From the human T2T-CHM13v2.0 reference genome, Homo sapiens: a stretch of DNA of 64,000 bases. The stretch lies in NCBI RefSeq assembly GCF_009914755.1, contig NC_060931.1, one strand, 5' to 3'. Shown here piece after piece: positions 53,996-64,000 of this stretch; the first letter of the stretch is position 1, and each line of letters begins with the position of its first letter. Position numbers and translations under genes: made by a program. The notes below the pieces were generated by a model, which was not told where the DNA came from, ran no database searches, and saw nothing but the letters and a program-made list of their open reading frames with translations.

Positions 53996-54489
53996 ATTTC
54001 ATCATTGGTTTTCTTCCCTCTCCATCATAATTTCAACAAGTATCTAGCATCAAGAACCTGCTGGCTGTCATCCAGTTTTGCAGAAATTCTAAGGAATACA
54101 CTCCAAGGATTAGGGAATAAATACCAAGGTGGCAGAAAAGCACATCCTGCTCTGAGGGTAAGGCCCTGGAGCCTGCAGTGAGGGTCTACTTCTTAAGCAT
54201 TTGTGGCACTAACTCACAACGGGTCCGAGCTGCAGGGGCCTGGAACTCCCCTAGTCTTACCCCCCTGATTTGATAGACAGGGCAAGGGATCTGTATAAAG
54301 CATGGTGTTAAGGGAACTAGGAGAAAGATTTAAGTGCTTACTTATTGATAATCTTCTGTTTTCTAGAAAGGTTTCTGGATACTTTCCTGTTAAACTTCTT
54401 TAATCTTCATAACTATCTGTAAGTTAGTCATTGTAGCCAGGCTTTGTGTGTGAGAAAACTGAATAAACTGGCAAAGAAAGTGACCTATT

Positions 54490-55200
54490 CATGCAAGTGC
54501 TTTGAAAAATTATGGTTTTATTCTGTTACATTGAATTTTCACATGCCCTTACAACCCCAAATTTCCAATTCTTGGTATATTTCCAAAGGAAATTTTTATA
54601 AAGGAGTACTAGGAAATACACATATAAGGATGTTCAAGATAGTATTGTTCTTAATAAAGAACTGGAAATAATCCAAATAGCTATCCTCAGGAAAATGGGT
54701 GGAGAGCTTATGGTAAAATCACATGACAGAATATTACACAACTGTGAAGTGGAGTGACCTACAGCTACCCACAACAATATGAGTGTCATTCAATAAGATA
54801 TTAAATGAAAACAAGTCCCACAAGACTTAGAACATTTCACTCCTGTGGGGTTCACAAAAACCCCACAAAACTGTATAATTTAGGCATACATATACATGTA
54901 ATCCAACTGTTTAAAGCAAAGGAGTGATAATCATAAACTTCTGGATACTGATTGCTGCTGTGTGGGGAGGTAGGAGGTAGGATAATAGAGGAACATATAG
55001 GTAAATAGCAGTTCAAGTTCTTGAGTAGAGCGGTGGGTGTATGGACATTGATGGCACTGTAACTGAATGAATAAATGAATGAGTAATGAATGAATGAAAT
55101 AAGAATTCAACCTATCTGGACCAATGATGACAATGTATTATGAACTGAAAATAATGAATGATTCAACTCTGCAATTGAAGCCCGTTAAAAGAAAAAAAGA
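54490..55200 (+). mobile_element. Ancient L1M 3' region
   Basis: aggatgttcaagatagtattgtt...aactggaaataatccaaat. Confidence 0.55.
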
Positions 55201-55681
55201 AAAAAGAAAAAAATGACTTTTATAGTCTTTGCATTATGCTCTGATGCTTAAGCAGTAAAAATAACTATCTGATAATGTATTAACACAGCTCTGAGCTATT
55301 CACTTGGTAGCTTCATTATGTGACAATGGCCACTACTACTCATATACCCATAACCCTACCACAATATTTTGGATTTATATTGTCTATTGTATAAATTTGT
55401 GCTCTTCAAATTTTTCTAATCATGCACCCAATCAGAGAAAAAATTTAGGGCATCCACTCCTAATATCTGTGAATTTGTGTACATCTACCCTTATCAATAT
55501 ATCTATATATTTTTCTTTGTTTTAAGGTAAAATGAAATATAAATAGAAGTTTGAATAATTTCTTCTTATACTTCAGTGGATTATCTTATGCATTCCCCTT
55601 TGGGGATATCTATAGATAACTAAATCATATTATGCAAATAATTTACTTTTCTATTTCAAAGTCTCTCCCCAACCCCTGGCA

Positions 55682-55944
55682 TTTATTTTCTGGAGTGAAG
55701 TGGTGTGATCTTGGCTCACTGCAACCTCCGCCCCCACGGGGTTCAAGCAATTCTCCTGCCTCAGCCTCCCAATAGCTGGGATTACAGGCATCTGCCACCA
55801 TGCCCAGCTAATGTTTGTATTTTTAGTAGAGACAGGGATTTCACCTGTTGGTCAGGCTGGTCTCGAACTCCTGACCTCAGGCGATCTGCCCACCTCGGCC
55901 TCCCAAAGTGCTAAGATTACAGGCATGAGCCACCACGTCTGACC
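55682..55944 (-). mobile_element. AluS lacking about 30 bp at its 3' end
   Basis: Begins at ctggagtg directly after atttatttt. Confidence 0.88.
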
Positions 55945-55949
55945 TCTTT

Positions 55950-56375
55950 TCTTATTTGACGTTCATGATATTCCTGAGAGGCAAGAAGGCAGGCAGTGTT
56001 ATTCTCATTGCACCAATGGGAAAAGAGAAGCCCAGATAATTCTTGGCTCTTCCACAACATTAGCAAGAGAGTGGCAAAGCTTGTAATAGGAACAGAACTC
56101 TCTGCCCCTCCCTAGGGCTCTTCCCACTGTATCTGGCAGCTTCTAGTCTAACATCTTAACAGAGTTATATGATTCTTAAGGTCAGACCAACCTGGCTTCA
56201 AATTCCAGCTCTGTTATGTGCCTTCAGATGAGTTATTAAATCTCTCTGAATCTTCATTTTCCCACCTGTAAAATGGATATAATAATATTGGCCTCACATG
56301 GTGGTTGTAAGAACTTAAAATAGGATCAAATATATTACAATCTAATAGAGAGGACAAGATCGTCAATAAGTGTGT
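55950..56375. mobile_element. Two MIRs in opposite orientation
   Basis: Antisense copy 55950-56130; sense copy 56160-56375 (gtcagaccaacctggcttcaaattccagctctg). Confidence 0.65.
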
Positions 56376-57689
56376 TTTCCTTTCCTTCTTATTTTTGCTT
56401 CCCTCTTCCATTATATTGGCATTACTGACTTAGCAACATTTGAAAGGTAGAGAGAGGAAGTGGTCATTGTAAACAACCATGAAATATATTTTTGTGTATT
56501 TAATTTTCAATGCAGAAAGTCCTAGTAACAGTATTAATCTTGTCTCTAAATCTCTCTCATATTTAGATACTAAATTGGCTCTACATGGGCTGCTTTGCAA
56601 AGCAAAAGAGGTCAAGGATGCTTTAAAGCAGTGTGGTCCACACAGACCTTGTGTCTCTTTGGCTTTTTGGTATTAAATATGATGCCACATGTCATGAGTG
56701 CATCCATTCTTCAACTAAGCTCTAACTCTTTACATCATAATATGATGTTTTTCCTCCTTATCTCTATCTGAAGGAGTTGAAAATAATTTTTGCATCTGAG
56801 CAACTGTATGGACCAGGATCTGGGGGACCAGCTAACCTGTGCACCAGAGAATCATGAAATTCATATGTTGGCCTTGTCTGTGAATACAGTTCCTATACAC
56901 AAAATATAATAACACATCTTTACTGAGCTGACCTACTGAATGCCTGCACGTGTTTCTAATTTGTGTGGGATTGTTCTCTCAGTAGATTCCATTCTCCCTT
57001 AAAAAACACACATGTACAAACACAAAACTTGGTTTAAATGAAACAGACACCTTAAGAATCTTAACAAGTAGAGTTGACCTTTGAACATAATTCTACAAAA
57101 CTGCAATGTGCTACCCAAGTGTTGCCAGGAGGCCTCGGACAGATCGATGGATGACAACCTCCTTTCCTGCACTTCTGTAGGCACAGATATTAGATCCAGA
57201 GGGGAACAAATTCCATGAGACCCAGGGCAAGGGTGACGTGGCCAAAATCAAGTGGCGCTGCCTTTCCCACTGTGCCAAGCTGTCATCAAGAGCCCTTCTT
57301 TCTCCCTGGAAACTTGCACCATGCACTTCCTCTCATTTGACAGTAGCAAGGCCTTTCAGGGCAGAGACCATGGAGTGTGGCCCTTCTGTGAAAACAGAAC
57401 ATCTATGTACAGTAACATATGCATTCGTACACAGGTGCATACTTAGCCACATGTAGCCATCCATGCATGCATGTTCTCATTGATTAAGAATCCAGGTTTA
57501 TTGCAATGCCACAGATAGATTTTAGGGAATAAGATAATAGAACAAAACAAAACATACTAACTCTACCATGAGGGCAATTTAACATTTTGCTGAAGAGACA
57601 TTGATATCTTAAAATAGCTTGGGTCATCTTTTGGCCATCCTTTCTCATGGTATTGTCCAAGGGCAAAAGTACTCCTTAAGGGAATCCAC

Positions 57690-57944
57690 TTGTCCAGGAT
57701 TGGCAGATCCGTAGACAGAGGTGGAGTAGTGGCTTCCGGGGGCTGGGGGCAGCAGAGAATGTGGAGGGACTACTTAATGGGTATAGGATTGCTTTTTAGG
57801 GTGATGAAAATGTTCTGCAATTAGATTGTGGTGATGGTTGCAAAACATTGTGAATGTACTAAAAGCCCCTGAATGGTACGCTTCAAAATGGTTAAAATGG
57901 CAAGTTTCATGTTTTGTAACTTTTACCTCAATCCAAGAAAAAAG
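57690..57944 (+). mobile_element. L1MB 3' end
   Basis: ggtgatgaaaatgttctg...gtggtgatggttgcaaaacattgtgaatgtactaaa...aaaatggttaaaatgg. Confidence 0.87.
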
Positions 57945-59149
57945 AGGTAAGGTGAACTAAGAGCACTGAACCATGGACAAACGTCAGCTCTCCCAAGTGC
58001 TAGGGAATGGCTAGGGATGGGGTTGGGGGGATGCTGCCTGCATCCTGGAGATTGCTAAGAGGAGCTCCTGAGGCCTGGGGCAGGGGTAGGGCCAGAGAGG
58101 AGTGTGGTTTGATTCCAGTGTTGGAGAGAGGGAGGTGAATAATGTCAGGGTCAGGTCTGGTGGGAATGCGCTCATGCAGTGTACACACAGGTGTGTTCTG
58201 GAAAGCACCCACTTACCTTTCCTTGACCACTGCCTCCTGCTCACCTGCCCCAGTTTGGCTGGCTTTTCTGACTCTGAGTTAGGTTCTGGAGACTAATAGC
58301 AGTGACTGCTCTCTCAAATGCTTAGGTCAGATGTCTCAAAGCACATCCTCTGTTTCTCTTTGCCTGGTAGAGAATACAGGCTAGAGGGGTCCTAGCTGTG
58401 ACCCAAGTGGTGTTGCTCGTGTGTCTATGAAAAAGCCATGGGATCAACCTGATAGCCTGTGCCTTGTGAAGCTTGAGGGGACAACCTTCCCAATTTCTTG
58501 TGCCCAGAGCCTTACACCACACAAGCTGATTCAGTATGCACTTCGCCTTGACAAATGAGCTCAATGTGACTTCTGAGTTCAGTTCAAGAGGAAACTGGTT
58601 TATTCTTAAAGTTAATCAAGTTGCTTTTTTTACTTGGGGAACTTGAAAGTTGGGGATGAGTAACTCACGTAGATTTTTAAAAATCAAGCTCTCTTACAAA
58701 ACGTTAATGTTAGACCTGAATTCGGAAGTGCCATGTAAAAGGTTTTTTAGTTTGCTCATATAACAGGACTGAAATGGTCTCCTGTGGCATAAACTCTTTT
58801 GTCTTAGAAAACACTCAGTCATGAATGCTATGAATTTCTGTATCGGAAAATCTGAATCATCCTGAGACCCACATGAGTTCCTTGATGAAAATGTGAAATT
58901 AATTTTGTACTAAATAAAACTTGAAAATGGTTTCAATTACAAGAAGAAAAAAAATGTGAAACAAAGTAATTCCACTGTATCAGATTCTTGTTTCATTAAT
59001 TCTGAATTTTGAAAAAAATCACCATTTTCTAGATATTGCTTTAAAGATGTTGAGACTGTGAACATCAGGGGTCACGGTGATACTTAATACAAGCCTCCTG
59101 CCACCTTGTAAAGAGTCTGTGAATGCTTTGGACTTTGGGGAAAGCGGAG

Positions 59150-59390
59150 GAAGAAACAAACATTTATGGTGCATTTGTCGCATGTCATGATGTGGGCTAG
59201 GAAGTTTCACATCTGTTGTTCTCTCATTTAATTCTCATGACTGTCTGAGATAGGTATTGTTATCTCCTTTTGTTTTAAGTGCAAAATGGAGGCTCAAAGA
59301 GACCACAGAAGATGTCAAAAGTGACACAATTTGTAAGTGGCTGAGTGGGGATCCAAGCCCAGGTCTTCAATGCTCTAAAGCCCATTTTTC
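59150..59390 (-). mobile_element. MIR
   Basis: ctcatttaattctcatga...gaggctcaaagag...ggatccaagcccaggtc. Confidence 0.7.
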
Positions 59391-60495
59391 TTTGAAACCA
59401 CGCAACCAATCATTGAGGAAACCCAGGAGATGCACTTCCCACCCCACAATGAAGGCCTTTCTCTGGAACCCCTCTGTCTTCTGCCTGGGACCACTCACCT
59501 TAAATTTGGCCTGAGTTTCTAATCTTATGTATCATAGTTGTGTCTACACTTAGCTGGACCTTCTGGAAAGAATCACCATGATGCATGAGGAAGTGTGACC
59601 TGGGTACAAAAGTAAGCAAAACACAGTTCCACTTGCCAAGAGTTAAGCAAGAACTTTGCAATACTTGGCCTCATTGTCTTCACCTTAAAATGGCAATAAT
59701 GATACTTGAGCTTAAGGGCTATTGCATGGGTTCAAGTTGGGTTAAGTGTCTAGCGCTGAGCCCAGCTTAAAGGAGAAAATAAAAATATACTCATTCTCTC
59801 CCCACTGCTACCTCCAGTTTTTGGCAGGAGGCAGACGGCAAACCTTCCTAGAGTCTTTGAAAGGTGAGATGGAATTAGAGGGCAGACAGCAATTGGAGTT
59901 TTCTTCTACCAGATGCTACCAAAATCTTCGTGTATTCACATAAGTGTGTGTATGTGCATACATGCATATATTTGAATTTTAAAATCAAAAACAGAATGCA
60001 TTATAGCTTCTAACTATTGGATTAATTTGAAAACAGCTTTGTGGTGGAATTTTACAGTGGGCAGCATGAGGCCTGAGTGGAAATGGCTTCTTTTGTCCCA
60101 CGTTAAATGTGATGCCACTTGAGGTCCTGGTCAAAAATGGATCCAAATCGGAGGAGGAAATGGGAAACATTTTCCTTGCTCTAACATTCAACTCCACTGT
60201 TGGTCAAAGGAAACCCTTTCTGAGGAGCCAACTTTTCCAGAATAAAATGGAAGTCTGTATTGTTAGAGTGAGAACAAAGACACATCATTGCAGGTGTGGA
60301 AGGTCCGTCACTCAGGACTGACAATTGAGAAAGAGCTAGTGAATGCTGGTGTGTCTGCAGACGAGGAGACACAAGTAGGCTGAGCTCAGAGGGCTCCAGT
60401 GTAGAGCTTTACCCATGGTCTTGAACCTGAGAGTTCTAAGCACTTGCTTGCTTTTAGTTTTCTAAATCATTCAGAGCATTTTTACCCATGGCCTC

Positions 60496-60915
60496 TAATA
60501 TGGTGTGGATCTGTGTCCTCACCCAAATCTCGTGTCAAATTGTAATCCCCAATGTTGGAGGTGGAGGCTGGTGGGAGGTGATTGGATCATGGGGGCAGTT
60601 TCTCATGAATGATTTAGCACCATCTCCCTTGGTCAAGACAGTGAGTGAGTGAGTTATCATGAAATCTGTCTGTTTAAAAGTATGTAGTGCCTCCCTCCAC
60701 CCTTCCTCCTCCTCTGGCCATGTAAGATGTGCTGGCTTCCCCTTCGTTTTCCACCATGACTGTAAGTTTCTTGAAGCCTCCCCAGAAGCTGAGCATGTGC
60801 CAGTATCATGCTTCCTGTACAGCCTGAAGAACTGTGTGCCAATTAAACCTCTTTCCTTTATAAATTATCTCGTCTCAGGTATTTCTTTATAGCAGTGCAA
60901 GAATGGACTCACACA
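60496..60915 (+). mobile_element. MSTA-like solo LTR
   Basis: atatggtgtggatctgtgtcctcacccaaatctc...gaatggactcacaca; perfect 5-bp TSD gcctc. Confidence 0.92.
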
Positions 60916-61494
60916 GCCTCTCATGTTTCCCTGGAAGGCATGTGGAAGGACAGAGGAGAAAATAAAATCTTAAATTGAATTTTCAGGATGTACTGGACAC
61001 TATGCTTTCACTTGACCTTATTTCACTTGGTTCCCAGGACTACTCCAGAAAATACAGTGTGTTATTCTTCCCATTTTGCTGGTAAGGAAACTGAGTTTCT
61101 GTTGGCTCTGTGCTTTTTCTCTTGTTAGGTGTGTCTGTTTCTGAATGACTATAGTATGTTGAGGAGAGTTAGAATAAAAGAGATCTGAGAAAATGATTCA
61201 TTTGGAGCCATACATAGATACAGGAGAAAAGCAAAACAAAACATTAAACACATAAAGGAAACATAATTTGTCATTGGGAGTGAGGGAGTATCTATTGTTT
61301 ATGACTAAGCATGACACCACAGAGGTTGTGTCCCCTAATCCAGTCCCTAATTCTGAATCACTGTGTGATTTGGTCATTTGCCTATATAGCAAGCTCATTA
61401 TTTTTCAACTTAGAAAATGTTAGGGAGCCATGGTAATGATCCAAATCCATTTAGGTTTGGCAAGCCTGTAAACTTTCAAGCTCATTGAAAACAA

Positions 61495-62295
61495 ACCCAA
61501 ACAACAAAAGATAACAAGGGTTGACAAGGATATGGAGAAAAGGGAACCTTGTACACGGTTGGTAGGAATGTAAATTGATACAGCCATTATGGAATACAGT
61601 AGGTTCCTCAAAAAATTAAAACTAGAACTACCATATGATCTGGAAATTCCTCTGCTGGGTATATATTCAAAGAAAATGAAATCAGTTTCTCAAAAATACA
61701 TCTGCATTCCTATGTTGATAGCAGCACTATTCACAGTAGCCAAGATATGGAATCAACCTAAGTGTCCATCAACAGATGATTGGATAAAGAAAATGTGGTG
61801 TGTATACACAATGGAGTACTATTCAGCTTTTAAAAAGAAGGAAAAAAGAAGGAAATCCTGTCAAGTGCAACAACACACATGAATCTGGAGGACATTATGC
61901 TAAGTGAAATAAACCACACATGGTAAGACAAATATTATATGATTTCACTTATCGGTGGCATCTAAAACAGTCAAACTCATAGAAGCAGACAGTAGAATAG
62001 TAGTTTCTGGGAGATGCTGATCAAAGAGCAGAAAGTTTCTGTGAAGTTCTGGAGAACTAATGTACAGTATGGTGGCTATAGTAAATGGTACTGTATTATA
62101 TACTTGAAATTTGCTAAGAGAGGAGATGTTCTCACTATACACATGCACACAAAGCTAACTACATGAGGTGGTAGATATACCAATTAGCTTGATTGTGATC
62201 CTAATTTCACAACATCTACATATATCAAAGCATCATGTTGAACACTGTAAGTACAGAATATTTTTTGTATATCTCAATACAGCTGAGGGAATAAA
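61495..62295 (+). mobile_element. L1MA 3' region (ORF2 end plus 3' UTR)
   Basis: ORF 61589-61882 is the L1 ORF2 C-terminus (LELPYDLEIPLLGIY...AALFTVAKIWNQPKCPS). Confidence 0.9.
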
Positions 62296-62400
62296 GACAG
62301 AAAACAAAATGCAAGAGGCTTGAAAATGGTCAGTGTAATTTGGAAATGAAGGGAAGGTTTTGAAACAGACTCTTTTCATCAAGAGTCCCCAGTGTCCTAG

Positions 62401-62771
62401 TGATATGGTTTGGCTGTGTGACCATCTTGAACTGTAGTTCCCATAATCCCCACATGTCATGAGAGGGACCTAATGGGAAGTAATTGAATCATGGGGGTGG
62501 TTACCTCCATGCTGTTCTTGTCACAGTGGATGAGTTCTCACAAGATCAGATGGTTTTATAAGGGATTTTTCCGCTTTTGCTCAGCACTTCTTGTTCTTCT
62601 CTTTCTTGCCTCCATGTGAAGAAGGATGTGTTTCTTCCCCTTCCGCCATGATTGTAAGTTTCCGGAGGCCTACCCAGCCATGCAGAACTTTGAGTCAATT
62701 AACCCTCTTTCCTTTATAAATTACTCAGTCTTGGGTATTTCTTCATAGCAGCATGAGAATGGACTAATACA
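62401..62771 (+). mobile_element. THE1 (C/D-like) solo LTR
   Basis: tgatatggtttggctgtgt...gaatggactaataca; perfect TSD cctag at 62396-62400 and 62772-62776. Confidence 0.93.
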
Positions 62772-64000
62772 CCTAGATTCAATGTGGTTTTAGCTTGCTT
62801 ATCTTGAAGATGATGATGAAACATCTTCTTGCCACTCTAGGCCTATGGCAAAGTGGTTTTCAGGCTGTATTCCCGGGAATCCTATGGTTCCTTGGAGGAT
62901 TCCCCATGGAGATCCTTTTGGAGGAAGGGTATGGTTAACCTGGAGAGGCTCTCAACAGTCTTTCCCTCATACTCTTCACCCTTGCAGGCCTCCACTTTAA
63001 TCAGAACACCTCCACTTTTATTGCTTTTATGTATTGACTTTCTCTATTTGCTTTAGCTTGAAGCAGTTACATTGCAACTAACACCAATTTTTAAATCTAG
63101 GCTATGGGAATGGTAGCTCTTGGAATCCAATACAAAAAGCCCTCCCACAACGAGAATGGCCTTAAGGTTAATGACTTGGAGAGTTTCACCTGAGGGGGTA
63201 TGAGCAAAGATTTAGGGAAGCATGTTTCACTTTCCAAAATCATGTCAGCTTTCATGACTAAAAAAGAACAAAACCATTGTGAACACAGAGCACATTAGAA
63301 AAAGAACAAAGTGTGGCAACACCACCAGTGAGATCAGACTGCGTTTAGCCACAGACTCACTGATTGGAGTTTTCTGATGAGGCAGACAGAGTTGTGGAAG
63401 GCTGCCAGGAAATTCTGGACATCAAATTGCTTTTGCTAAGCCAGCCCAGCGGTGTAGTAAAGAGCTGAGGAGTCCCAGGAGAGGGTTGGGAAAGGATCAG
63501 TCTCTGTTTCTTTACCCCTGATGTGGGCCTTTTTCGATTAGGAAGTTGAGTGTAAAGGAAGTTATCGGGGGTGAAATCAACTCAGCAAGAAACCTTTTTA
63601 GACCAAAGCCCAAGGAAAACTAATAAAACCAGTTGGGCTGCTTCATGCTTATCATACGTTGTGCATGTATGTAGATCAACTGGCTTTACGGCAAGCACAA
63701 ACACCCCAAAACAAAATCTCAGTTGTGCAAAAGGATTTCTAAGTCCCCAAAGAATGATGGCTGGGTTCTTTCAAGGAACAATGGCTACATGAAACTCTAG
63801 TACATCAAATATCTGACACACTATTTCTAAATTAATGATTGAAATGAAAAGTTGCTTAAGGTATGAATTGGGGATTATATTCGGCTGGGAGAAACCGAGG
63901 CCCCCAAGGCAGAGCCCTACACAGATGACTGGTTCAATTTTTCTTAGGTAAGAAGCAGTCTGTAGCATGCAGCTGTGATCATGGAGTTGTCCTCAGGGAC

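Overview
Primate (almost certainly human) non-coding euchromatic DNA. It carries about 14 Alu copies or fragments, old L1M/L1PA pieces, many MIR/L2 relics, about 9 MaLR solo LTRs (THE1/MST/MLT1), hAT and Tigger DNA transposons, and microsatellites. I recognise no protein-coding gene, tRNA, rRNA or snRNA. Most ORFs in the supplied track are chance, Alu-derived, L1-derived or low-complexity frames. The most gene-like structure is a + strand transcription unit at about 13.4-16.2 kb. It has a GATA/KLF/AP-1 motif cluster, a consensus donor at 13875/13876, a good acceptor at 15293/15294, poly(A) signals at 16204/16217, and a 211-codon ATG ORF in the last exon. I read it as a probable lncRNA or proto-gene candidate and cannot name the locus. 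Other notable elements are enhancer-like, repeat-free motif clusters (10.25-10.9, 16.9-17.3 and 43.2-43.7 kb), a strong CTCF site (45776-45794), a recent 87-bp tandem duplication, a 640-bp frame-preserving pyrimidine triplet repeat, multi-layer TE nests, and THE1 LTRs with intact DUX4 motifs. Repeat subfamily calls come from remembered consensus features, and boundaries of old repeats are approximate. I found no evidence for a novel multi-gene system.
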